DNA of 64,000 nucleotides, taken from contig JAAEQW010000274.1 in the NCBI GenBank assembly GCA_024231025.1, forward strand, positions 1,615 to 65,614, given 5' to 3'. The stretch is from Candidatus Omnitrophota bacterium (GTDB lineage Bacteria > Omnitrophota > Gorgyraeia > Duberdicusellales > 4484-171). Positions within the stretch are counted from its first letter, which is position 1, and each line of letters opens with the position of its first letter. A program made the translations under genes and the position numbers. Below are positions 29,342 to 37,862 of the stretch, one piece after another. Below the pieces are notes generated by a model, which was not told where the DNA came from, ran no database searches, and saw only the letters and a list, made by a program, of their open reading frames with translations.

Positions 29342-29800
29342 TTAATTGCTGAATACAAAATCAACCGCGTCTCCTACCTTAAGCCCTATTTTTTCAACAG
29401 TTTTTGCGTTTACTTCCAGCACATATTTAGCTAAAACGTCGGGATTTATTTGAGGGCAAATCCCCTCTTGGCAAGGACGCGCGTTTTCTTTAATAGCCAC
29501 AACAGTTTTTTCACTATTAAGCCAGATTATATCAAGCGGAATCAGCGTATTTTTCATCCAAAAGGAGCGCGATGCTTGATCATCATACAAAAAAAGCATT
29601 CCTCTATTTTCCTCGAGCTGGGATCTAAACATAAGCCCTCGACGCTGGGCCGCTTGCGTTTTTGCAAGTTCAACATAGAAACAATTATCCCCAAAGCAAA
29701 CTTTCGATTCTTGAGCAAAAAGCGATTGAAAAGAAACTGTCGCTGTTGACAGAAGAATTATTCCGTATACCAAATAATGTAGTCTTTGCAAGCCAAACAT
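29342..29800 (-). CDS. DUF192-domain secreted protein.
   Basis: Signal peptide and RRGLMFRS...MLFLY...PLDIIWL motifs. Confidence 0.55.
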   Translation of the reverse strand: MFGLQRLHYLVYGIILLSTATVSFQSLFAQESKVCFGDNCFYVELAKTQAAQRRGLMFRSQLEENRGMLFLYDDQASRSFWMKNTLIPLDIIWLNSEKTVVAIKENARPCQEGICPQINPDVLAKYVLEVNAKTVEKIGLKVGDAVDFVFSN

Positions 29801-29845
29801 ACTATATATCGTGTATAAATTATTTTATGTTAACTTTTTTATGGT

Positions 29846-32578
29846 TTAATCCAGCATATCCCGCAACTTATGCGCTAAGGTTTCTTCGGTAAAAGGCTTC
29901 TGCAAAAAGGCTTTTCCGCCCTTGAGAATATCCGGGCTAAGGGCAATGTCATCGGTGTATCCAGAAACAAACAAGATCTTTGTTTCTGGATACAAATTAG
30001 CAAACTCATCAGCCAATATTTTTCCACTCATTTGCGGCATAACAACATCGGTTAATAGTAGATCTATTTTTTTATTTGCTTCTTGGGCCACTAGCAATGC
30101 TTCTTTTCCTTCGCTTGCTTCCATAACAGAGTATCCCAATCGATTCAAAATCCTAACGATTACCTTACGAACCAAAGGTTCATCTTCCACAACAAAGATC
30201 AATTCGTTTCCCCGTGGCAGATTGATTGCATCTTCACGATAAGCCACTTCTAATTCGCGTTCTGAGGTGCGCGGTAAAAACACCTTGACCGTGGTTCCTT
30301 TGTTTTCTTCACTAATAATTTCCACCGCGCCTTGGTGCTGCTTTATAATTCCATAAACCGTAGAAAGCCCCAGGCCCGTGCCTTTGCCAAATTCTTTGGT
30401 AGTGAAAAATGGCTCAAAAAGATGCTGTTTCACCTCTTCATTCATGCCAAACCCCGTATCTTTTACCGAAAGCATAACAAAATCTCCCGCATTCATACTA
30501 GAATGAGGCAATATTTGCTGATTATCAAAAGTAACGTTTGCCGTTTCAATGATAAGCTTGCCGCCAGTGGGCATGGCATCTTTTGCATTTACAACCAGAT
30601 TGACTAGAGCCTGCTCCAATTGACCGATATCCGCTTTGACTACGCCAATATTTGAATCAAAAATTGCGACAAACTCTATATCTTCTCGAATAAGCCTGCG
30701 AAGCATTTTTTCCACGTTCAGTATAAACTCATTAAGATTAATCGCCTGAGGAGAAATGAACTGACGCCTTGAAAAAGAAAGAAGTTGACGGGTAAGGTTG
30801 GTTGCGCGTTTTGCGACTTTAATAATTTGCGTTATATCTTCTTTGCCGGATTCGTCTAAAGATGCGTTACCCTTAGCTAAAGTAGCATAGTTCGTGATCG
30901 CTGTTAATAAATTATTGAAATCATGCGCAACGCCACCAGCAAGACGGCCAATCGTTTCCATTTTTTGAGATTGCAAAAGCTGCGCTTCTACACTTTTGCG
31001 TTGCGTAATATCCACAAAGGAGACCATTATTTTTATCGGTTTTTTAGTACTATCTGCAACTATGCTTGCTGAAACCTGAACATCAAAAAGAGTATTATCT
31101 TTTTTCTTGGCAACAGTCTCACCTAAAAAATCACCGCTTAAGCTTACGGTCTTTATGATTTCTGAGGCTTCCTCCTCCTTGCTGAAAAAATTAGCAATGC
31201 TTATCCCTAAAATTTCCTCATCGGAATCGTATTGCCACAGGCTTGTAAACGCTTGGTTGACATACTCAATCACTCCATCTAAATTCAAAATTGTAATCGC
31301 ATTAATTGAAGAGGCAATGGCGCTTTCTTTAATTTGGAGCTCTTCTTCGACCCTTTTAAGGCCCGTAATGTCCTCTACAAAAATTAACACTTTACGTTTG
31401 CCTTCTTCTTCCACCGGCATGCCATACAGGTTTCCTAACACAACTTTTTGAGATTGTGCAGATGGAAATCTAACATTACTAAAGAAAAATGAATCGCCCT
31501 TTTCTAGAACACGTTTTACTTCTTCCGCAAGCCCTAATTCTTTGTAAATTGCAGATTCAAACAAATTCAATTCACTAATTTGCTCATAAGTATTGCCAGA
31601 AATATCCACCATTGCCGGGTTAATATAGTCGACTCCTCCTACCTCGTTAACGATATAAATACCAAAGGGAGATTTCTTCAAAATATTTTGCGTTGTTCGA
31701 TACGCCTTTTGCAAATTATCTTGCGCTTGTTTATATTGAGTGATATCTTTACCGGAGCTGAACATCCCTGTAATCTTTCCCAAGTCGTTCTTTAGGAGAA
31801 TGCTGTGCCACGATATTATTCTAACCTCACCGGCGGCAGTAGTTATCGAGAGTTCCGCATGCTCTAGGCACTCTCTCTGCCCAAGCATAACCTCATCAAA
31901 CTGATATTTTAACTCGTACCTATCCGGTTCAGGAAAGGCAATCTTAAACCAATCCTCATTAATGATGTCTTTTGCTTTTCGCCCTATAATTTCTTCGCCT
32001 CTTTTATTGATAAATTCCACATTACCTTCGACGCTTAAAGACAGTGACACAACATCTGTAACATCAAAATATTTCTGCAGCTCTTCTCTTTGTCGCCTAA
32101 GTTCTATTTCCGCGTTCTTAAGCTCGGTTATGTCTCGAATGATACCACTCGCTCCAAGAAGCACCTTATCTTTGCTTTTAATGTCATCGCTCCAACGACC
32201 AAACGAGTGTATCTGAACATAAACATATTGCGCATCGGAAGTATTTGAATTTTTAAGTAGGATCCTGACTTGGAGATTTTTTGTCATTCGCATGCCAGTT
32301 CTTCTTTCATCAAAAAGCTTTACCGCATCATCGGTGCCCATCTTTTTTCCTTTACGCTGCGGTAAAGTTAGTGTTTGGCTTACGGCAACAAAATCGTCAG
32401 GATGGACCAACACTTTAAAGTGTTTTCCCAGTAAATCTTCTGGTTGATAACCAAACTGAGTTATGGCTTTATTAAGAAAGGCGAACTTCCCAGATGAATC
32501 AAGTTCATAAACAACATCCGGTATTTGCCCAATGAGTTCTTTGTACCAGATGTCACTATTCTGTTTACGATTAAACAT
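29846..32578 (-). CDS. Hybrid sensor histidine kinase with multiple PAS domains, HisKA, HATPase and a C-terminal receiver.
   Basis: H-box HDFNNLL, N/G boxes (NLVVNAKDAM, DTGFGM, GTGLGLS) and a receiver D (LLLTDVVMP). Confidence 0.85.
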   Translation of the reverse strand: MFNRKQNSDIWYKELIGQIPDVVYELDSSGKFAFLNKAITQFGYQPEDLLGKHFKVLVHPDDFVAVSQTLTLPQRKGKKMGTDDAVKLFDERRTGMRMTKNLQVRILLKNSNTSDAQYVYVQIHSFGRWSDDIKSKDKVLLGASGIIRDITELKNAEIELRRQREELQKYFDVTDVVSLSLSVEGNVEFINKRGEEIIGRKAKDIINEDWFKIAFPEPDRYELKYQFDEVMLGQRECLEHAELSITTAAGEVRIISWHSILLKNDLGKITGMFSSGKDITQYKQAQDNLQKAYRTTQNILKKSPFGIYIVNEVGGVDYINPAMVDISGNTYEQISELNLFESAIYKELGLAEEVKRVLEKGDSFFFSNVRFPSAQSQKVVLGNLYGMPVEEEGKRKVLIFVEDITGLKRVEEELQIKESAIASSINAITILNLDGVIEYVNQAFTSLWQYDSDEEILGISIANFFSKEEEASEIIKTVSLSGDFLGETVAKKKDNTLFDVQVSASIVADSTKKPIKIMVSFVDITQRKSVEAQLLQSQKMETIGRLAGGVAHDFNNLLTAITNYATLAKGNASLDESGKEDITQIIKVAKRATNLTRQLLSFSRRQFISPQAINLNEFILNVEKMLRRLIREDIEFVAIFDSNIGVVKADIGQLEQALVNLVVNAKDAMPTGGKLIIETANVTFDNQQILPHSSMNAGDFVMLSVKDTGFGMNEEVKQHLFEPFFTTKEFGKGTGLGLSTVYGIIKQHQGAVEIISEENKGTTVKVFLPRTSERELEVAYREDAINLPRGNELIFVVEDEPLVRKVIVRILNRLGYSVMEASEGKEALLVAQEANKKIDLLLTDVVMPQMSGKILADEFANLYPETKILFVSGYTDDIALSPDILKGGKAFLQKPFTEETLAHKLRDMLD

Positions 32579-32579
32579 A

Positions 32580-32852
32580 TTAACTAAATTTGTAATGTTT
32601 TTTTACTTTTTTCTTTACAATCCATTTGCAGCTCAAACCCTGTGGAAATGAAACAAAGTCTCCTTTGCAAATTTTTACAGATTCGTTGTCGGTTTGGACA
32701 ACTACTTCACCTTCCAAAAAAAGACACTCTTCTTTTTGGTCGTAATGCCAATCAAACGTGCTTTCTTCTTTTTGCCAAATTGGCCAATTGTTTATTCCTA
32801 ACTGAGCAACTTCCTCATCCGTTAATTTTTTAATTTCAATTTTTTCACTCAT
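32580..32852 (-). CDS. Small cupin-domain protein.
   Basis: 90 aa beta-rich protein with a cupin-like pattern. Confidence 0.45.
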   Translation of the reverse strand: MSEKIEIKKLTDEEVAQLGINNWPIWQKEESTFDWHYDQKEECLFLEGEVVVQTDNESVKICKGDFVSFPQGLSCKWIVKKKVKKHYKFS

Positions 32853-33610
32853 TAGACCCTCCCTTTTAAATATTGTAGTCTCAATTTTTCAGGAAATTTT
32901 TCAATCGCATACCGTAACATAACTCTTGGCATAGTTTTGTAATGCCGCTTAAGAAATTCCTCTTCCTTAAGCTTATCTCTTTTGCCCACTTCACGCAACA
33001 TCCATCCGCATGCTTTATGAATTAAATCATGTTTATCCGATAGTAGTATTTTAGCAATTTTTAACGTATCTTCAAATTTATTATTTCTAATAAAAGAAAG
33101 AGTTGCGACAATCGAAACCCTTCTTTGCCATAAGCTCTTTGATCTAGCCAACTTATAGAGTGTTCTTTTATCTTTATCTTTTAAAAAATCACCAACAATA
33201 TTAGGCGCACTTAAATCAACTAGGTCCCAATTGTTTATAAACTTAGTGTTATTTAGATATACTTTGAATATTTTTTCTCTTTGAGAAATATTTCCCTTAT
33301 TATACTTCATAATGAAGATCAAAAGAGCCAACAAACGTTCTTCGTGAATGGGTGATTTTAAAATCTCAAGTGTTTCGCTTAAGCTTAAATCTTGATTGCG
33401 CTTGGCAACACTGCGAGTTTGCGGAACCTTAACCCCTAAAAAAATATCACCTTCTCCATATTGACCCGGACCGGTTTTAAAGAAGTTTTGTAGAATTTTG
33501 GCCTTTTGCTTGCTAGAGTGTCTTTTTAACTCTCTTTTAACTTTTGCTGCCTTAACCGACAACGCCTCATCTTGCTTCGTCGATAATTTTAGGCTTTTGG
33601 AAGAACTCAT
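32852..33610 (-). CDS. DNA alkylation repair protein (AlkC/AlkD-like HEAT-repeat glycosylase family).
   Basis: Motifs FFKTGPGQYGEGDIFLGVKVP, NNWDLVD and ACGWMLRE. Confidence 0.7.
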   Translation of the reverse strand: MSSSKSLKLSTKQDEALSVKAAKVKRELKRHSSKQKAKILQNFFKTGPGQYGEGDIFLGVKVPQTRSVAKRNQDLSLSETLEILKSPIHEERLLALLIFIMKYNKGNISQREKIFKVYLNNTKFINNWDLVDLSAPNIVGDFLKDKDKRTLYKLARSKSLWQRRVSIVATLSFIRNNKFEDTLKIAKILLSDKHDLIHKACGWMLREVGKRDKLKEEEFLKRHYKTMPRVMLRYAIEKFPEKLRLQYLKGRV

Positions 33611-33887
33611 CTTTGTGTTTTACCCCCTTACAGGCATAGAAAAAAATAATTGCCGCCTCTCTGTACAATTGCCCACAATAACTCAAGCTTTGTAATACAG
33701 CTTGTTTAACGTGACTGGTATAACTTTTAATTTTTGTTTCTTGAAAACAGAGGAAAATAATGAAAACTATCAAAAAAATAAATCGCATCGACACACGACG
33801 GAAAACTTTTGTTCTCTTTTTTTGATAACACTGTTGACAAAGATGACCTTTGGCAACTTCCTTAAAACATTCAACACAATGTCTCAT
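33567..33887 (-). CDS. Hypothetical small protein with an N-terminal zinc ribbon (CxxC...CxxC) and a TM helix. It may be spurious.
   Basis: The ORF overlaps the AlkD-like start by 44 nt. It has no family assignment. Confidence 0.25.
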   Translation of the reverse strand: MRHCVECFKEVAKGHLCQQCYQKKRTKVFRRVSMRFIFLIVFIIFLCFQETKIKSYTSHVKQAVLQSLSYCGQLYREAAIIFFYACKGVKHKDEFFQKPKIIDEAR

Positions 33888-33943
33888 ATTAAGCGATGTT
33901 TAAAGAAATAAATAGCGCGACTCGATTGAACTGATAATGCTCT

Positions 33944-34155
33944 AATGCTCTATTTTTCGCTCAAAGAGCGAAAAATGGCGGCGAATGCTCAATGAGGCAA
34001 CGGTTTTCAAGTCGCAGACGCTGAAAACTGTGTAGCCGAATTAATCCCGATAAGCGAGTCACACGAGCTGTATCGGGAGACTTGTTGAGCTCCTCAATAT
34101 TACCTATAAAGCGAAATCCGCCTCTGGCGGGAACCACCGACAAAACGGGTATGAG
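33944..34155 (-). repeat. Partial duplicate of tRNA-Met(CAT). It shares 41 nt (the acceptor 3' strand plus the downstream hairpin) and 25 nt (anticodon loop to T-stem) with the intact tRNA, split by a 146-nt unrelated insert. It is a putative att-site remnant.
   Basis: Positions 33944-33984 equal 37360-37400 exactly. Positions 34131-34155 equal 37409-37433 exactly. The 8 nt GTGGACTT of the tRNA are replaced by 146 nt, and no cloverleaf can be folded. Confidence 0.6.
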
Positions 34156-34240
34156 GCTCGTACCTCGCCCATCCAAATAACTATTATTACACAAAAAACC
34201 CATATTGTAGATTAATTTTCCGTTACGCCTTCACCTTCTT

Positions 34241-34861
34241 TTAAATTATCTTGTCCTTGCTCGCACGTATTCTAATAACATTTTCGGATACTTTAAATTT
34301 ATCTGGCAATAAAAATCTGAATATGACTTTTTTAATCCCATCAGAATTATCGTCATACTTAAACTCACATATATCTTCTGCTTCTTTAATCGCCTTATAA
34401 AACTCTTTTTTAAAAACTTTCCGAGGAACTAACACCAAACCAGCAAAGTTGTCAGCTTGTCGTTCAAGCATATCTCTTTTTTCTACTGACATATCTTGAA
34501 TCAATTTTTTCCACTCGTCTCTACTTTCAAACGTAAACTCCTGATACATATAAGAGTGCAAAAACATATGCCCTATTTCATGTGCTAAACTAAAACGTAA
34601 TCTGTTTGGGCGTTGATGATAAATAAACTCATCAACGGAAATGCTACTAAAATCATTAGCAATAAAAGCATCTATATCCAACCCCGCCCTCGAAAATGAA
34701 TTTTTCAAATCAGGAAGTGGAATAATATCTATTTTTAATTTATTGTCTAAAATTTCCTCTATATCAACAAAGATAGAGAAATCTGGGCTGTAACTTGCTA
34801 AAAAACTTTCAGCAACAGCATTTATTTCATCGTAGGTTTTGAAGATGGGTTCGAATTGCAT
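34241..34861 (-). CDS. ImmA/IrrE family metallopeptidase (DUF955).
   Basis: HEIGHMFLH motif. Its stop is 5 nt from the upstream XRE gene, giving the classic XRE-ImmA pair. Confidence 0.8.
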   Translation of the reverse strand: MQFEPIFKTYDEINAVAESFLASYSPDFSIFVDIEEILDNKLKIDIIPLPDLKNSFSRAGLDIDAFIANDFSSISVDEFIYHQRPNRLRFSLAHEIGHMFLHSYMYQEFTFESRDEWKKLIQDMSVEKRDMLERQADNFAGLVLVPRKVFKKEFYKAIKEAEDICEFKYDDNSDGIKKVIFRFLLPDKFKVSENVIRIRASKDKII

Positions 34862-34866
34862 TCAGT

Positions 34867-35232
34867 CTAAGATTCTTTTATCCTATCAATCAGCTCATCA
34901 AGCTCTTTCTCGGATAACTTTTTATCTTTTAATGTTCTGAAAAATACTGGCAGGCGAGACATTAGCTCCTCTTCCTTTTGTACATCAGTAGGAATTTTCC
35001 CCGCATCAACTGACGCAAAATCCATGAATGCTTGCCAATCATCGCTACCTTTTTTGATTTCTAAAAAAGTAGCTAATTCTTCAAGCCTTTCTTCAGACTG
35101 CGGCGGAGACATTTTCCCCCGTTCAATCTTGCTTATATTCCCAGCATCCAATTCATGTTCCAAGCAAAATTGACGCAATGTCTTCCCTAAAGATATCCTT
35201 TTTTCTTTAAAAAATTCTCCGAAACTACCCAT
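34867..35232 (-). CDS. XRE-family HTH transcriptional regulator.
   Basis: The residues KRISLGKTLRQFCLEHELDAGNISKIERGK form an HTH. Confidence 0.8.
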   Translation of the reverse strand: MGSFGEFFKEKRISLGKTLRQFCLEHELDAGNISKIERGKMSPPQSEERLEELATFLEIKKGSDDWQAFMDFASVDAGKIPTDVQKEEELMSRLPVFFRTLKDKKLSEKELDELIDRIKES

Positions 35233-35539
35233 ATTAAACCTCCCCCACTAAGGTTTATGTGTTGTAATATACTTACAACTCCCAATTAGAGTGTACCATA
35301 ATTGTAAAAAAAATACAACCTTGTTCAAGTCCATTCCATATACATTATTACTTCTATATCTCTCATAATATCAATGTGTTACAGCAAAAATATAATTTAA
35401 TTTCCAACAATATCTTAATGCCACTCTAAATTCACTCAAAATAAACAAATAAACGACCGTTTTTAGTTTCCTAATTCTTACCATAATATCGCCCATTTTG
35501 CTTGCCTAAGAGCCTGCGGAAACTAAGGACTTGTCGAAA

Positions 35540-35663
35540 AAGCTGGAATAGATTACAAATACTACCAAAGGATAGAAGGTAAAAACCCTCCGAACTTAAA
35601 ACTAGAAGCTATCGAATCTCTCTGCAAAGCTTTTAAGATCAAACCTACGAAAATACTTGAATA
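35540..35663 (+). pseudogene. Relic of an XRE-family HTH gene: a C-terminal fragment with no start codon and an in-frame stop immediately upstream.
   Basis: Translates to ...LSKKAGIDYKYYQRIEGKNPPNLKLEAIESLCKAFKIKPTKILE*, with TAA directly 5' of the fragment. Confidence 0.45.
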
Positions 35664-35759
35664 AAAACTCGCCAAAGGCTTTAAAACAAAACTATCTAAG
35701 CTTTTAGATATTAAATAATAAGATTCTTTAGCGGCATTTAAGCGATCTGAATATATTAA

Positions 35760-36782
35760 CTAAGGCAATAATCTTCTATTTACAGCTATTAGCTTGCTTA
35801 CTTCCTTTGAATCAACATCAAAATGATGACCTGATTTTATTGGAATCAATACCCCATTAAAATTATTACAAAATTTCACTAAATATGTCTTGAGATTAAA
35901 GATGCTCACCCTGCTAATTAAGCTTGTGCCTTTCCATCCCAAAATAATAAGGTGACCATTTGTAACTTTTATATTTTGACTTTGCAGTTTTCTATCAATA
36001 TCAAGAATAGGTGGTTCGTTGACACCGAAATACTCTTTGCTATCTCCTTCACCAAATCTTATAAATTTCCTAATTCCGTCAAATTCTTCTCTCAAAGCGA
36101 ATTTTTTCCCGACTATGCATGCTAAATAATTAAAAGCTATCTTGCATATCCCTCTATATACCACAGAATCAATTTTTATAATACCTTCGACTAATGTTTG
36201 ATTCCTCTTTTTAACTTCCTCTGGCCACTCTAAATCTTCTTCGGGTTTAATATTCATCCCTTTATCGCTAAACACTCTTAATAGACTTTGCATTTCATTA
36301 TCGTCTTTTGCTATTAAAGGAATTTTCTTATCTTTAATCTCGTACCCTTTACTTGTTAATTCTTTCGCATGGGGTATATCATTCGGCTCAAAATAATCAT
36401 ATTCTTGTGTTTGCTTATTGAAAAACCCTGCTTGTAATACAGGGTCTATATCATTTTCTCCTTGCACTCCAGAGTACCTTGGTATAACTATCATCCCTTT
36501 CAACTCTCCACAAGGTATCTTAAATTTCAATCTCTTATGCTTCTTCGGATTTTCTCTTGGTTTAATGCCATGGATATATCTAACAACTCCCTCGATGGTG
36601 TCCCTGCCTAAGTATAGCTCTATATTATTTCCAAAAAACTGGTTACACTCATCACAGACGCTTTTATAAAGTAAAAGATTACCGGGAGTAAATTTACCGA
36701 AGCATTGAGGAATAACATGCTCTCGCTTGCTAAATTCTTCTTCTGCCTTATCTTTAGAGCAATAAATACACTTTTCCTTCAT
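35760..36782 (-). CDS. HNH (His-Me finger) nuclease-domain protein with a 290-aa C-terminal domain of unknown function. A candidate defence/abortive-infection effector.
   Basis: N-terminal CIYC...EHVIPQCFG...CDECN, the HNH_5-type pattern. The rest has no recognisable motifs. The gene lies inside a tRNA-flanked island next to XRE/ImmA. Confidence 0.6.
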   Translation of the reverse strand: MKEKCIYCSKDKAEEEFSKREHVIPQCFGKFTPGNLLLYKSVCDECNQFFGNNIELYLGRDTIEGVVRYIHGIKPRENPKKHKRLKFKIPCGELKGMIVIPRYSGVQGENDIDPVLQAGFFNKQTQEYDYFEPNDIPHAKELTSKGYEIKDKKIPLIAKDDNEMQSLLRVFSDKGMNIKPEEDLEWPEEVKKRNQTLVEGIIKIDSVVYRGICKIAFNYLACIVGKKFALREEFDGIRKFIRFGEGDSKEYFGVNEPPILDIDRKLQSQNIKVTNGHLIILGWKGTSLISRVSIFNLKTYLVKFCNNFNGVLIPIKSGHHFDVDSKEVSKLIAVNRRLLP

Positions 36783-36924
36783 AATATCCTTATTATAGCT
36801 CTGGAATAGACTTTTCGTATTAAATATTCAACGAATGCCTCTCAACCGCATTTTTTAGCTGTTTGTCCTTACAACCTAAGTAGCATCTGGTTTGAAGAAA
36901 AGAGTCTAGTGCGAGGTTATTTAC

Positions 36925-37281
36925 TTACTGTTTCTTATTGATCAAACCGGAGAGCATTTTGCAAATAGTTTCTAGGTTTTGCAAAAGAGTCTGGCAAACT
37001 GCCGCATCAACTAAATTTTCCCGTTTGCAGATTTCTAAAATAGGTACGCATTCAAAGGCGGAGCCGCGAGCAATCCGAAAGAATGATTGCCTTTCTTTAA
37101 GGTGATATCTGCCATTGCCTTCGGCAATGTTTAAAGAAACAGAAAGAGCGGCGCGGTTGAATTGATCGATGATATGATAGTTACCTTTGGGGAAGCTCTT
37201 CGTAAGCTTAGATACTTGACAATAAAAGTCTATGGCTTTATTGTAAACGTCTAATTTTTCAAGCATGAAAGCCATAATCAC
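36925..37281 (-). CDS. Four-helix-bundle protein (23S rRNA intervening-sequence protein family, TIGR02436-like).
   Basis: NIAEGNGRY and ARGSAFE signature motifs, in a 118 aa protein. Confidence 0.7.
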   Translation of the reverse strand: MIMAFMLEKLDVYNKAIDFYCQVSKLTKSFPKGNYHIIDQFNRAALSVSLNIAEGNGRYHLKERQSFFRIARGSAFECVPILEICKRENLVDAAVCQTLLQNLETICKMLSGLINKKQ

Positions 37282-37289
37282 CAGACATT

Positions 37290-37350
37290 GAACATTTGAT
37301 CATTGGAACATTTGACCACATTGTCGCATTCCTCTAATGTTCAAATGCTC
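37290..37350. promoter_or_regulatory. Repeated GAACATTTGA motifs (two direct and one inverted) immediately upstream of the four-helix-bundle gene. A putative operator or arm-type binding site.
   Basis: attGAACATTTGAtcattgGAACATTTGAcc...ctaATGTTCAAATGctc. Confidence 0.35.
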
Positions 37351-37391
37351 GAATGCTCCAATGCTCTATTTTTCGCTCAAAGAGCGAAAAA

Positions 37392-37465
37392 TGGCGGCGA
37401 GTGGACTTGAACCACCGACAAAACGGGTATGAGCCGTTTGCTCTACCAGCCTGAGCTACGCCGCC
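37392..37465 (-). tRNA. tRNA-Met (anticodon CAT, elongator or Ile-lysidine type), 74 nt with no encoded CCA.
   Basis: Manual cloverleaf: acceptor GGCGGCG/CGCCGCC, D arm GCTC-AGGCTGGTA-GAGC, anticodon arm AACGG-CTCATAC-CCGTT and T arm GGTGG-TTCAAGT-CCACT, with discriminator A followed by a hairpin. Confidence 0.85.
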
Positions 37466-37539
37466 AAGATAGAATATCACCCAACAAACATAAAGGCTTG
37501 ATTATTATATTTCAAAGGCGAGTTGTTATAAAGACAACA

Positions 37540-37848
37540 TTAAAAATGAAAATCCTTAACAATCACCCATAAAAGCGCAACGATAACCCCTGAACAAATA
37601 ACATAAAAATCATAAAAATAGAAAAACTCTCTTAAGCGTTCCCGATTGTGATGCTTTCCGGCAGGAAGATTATATTTTTTTTTAATATCTTCTTTCATCT
37701 TGAGAATATCTTTTCTTTTGAAACGAAGATATTCTCCTGCCATTTTAAAATGCGGCAAAAGATCGCTATTCGCTAAATCAATTACATCCTTTTCGGGTAT
37801 TCCCAATATCCGGGAAACTTCACGCGTAGTAAGAAGTTTTTCTTCCAT
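37540..37848 (-). CDS. Excisionase-type HTH DNA-binding protein with a C-terminal TM helix.
   Basis: N-terminal LTTREVSRILGIPEKDVIDLANSDLLPHF (HTH_17-like) and C-terminal FYVICSGVIVALLWVIV. Confidence 0.5.
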   Translation of the reverse strand: MEEKLLTTREVSRILGIPEKDVIDLANSDLLPHFKMAGEYLRFKRKDILKMKEDIKKKYNLPAGKHHNRERLREFFYFYDFYVICSGVIVALLWVIVKDFHF

Positions 37849-37862
37849 GACAATTTACTCGT

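Noticed and set aside
33944-34175. The tRNA-like locus as a tmRNA or an intron-containing tRNA.
   Set aside because: At about 200 nt it is too short for a tmRNA and has no resume-codon ORF. The insert sits in the T-arm rather than the anticodon loop, and the 5' part cannot pair into an acceptor stem.
33961-34203. 80-aa minus-strand ORF.
   Set aside because: It lies over the tRNA-Met duplicate and insert region. It is more plausibly non-coding RNA or att scar tissue than protein.
34241-37281. An intact prophage or ICE.
   Set aside because: There is no integrase, relaxase, structural or replication genes. Only four or five cargo and regulatory genes remain, so it is called an island remnant.
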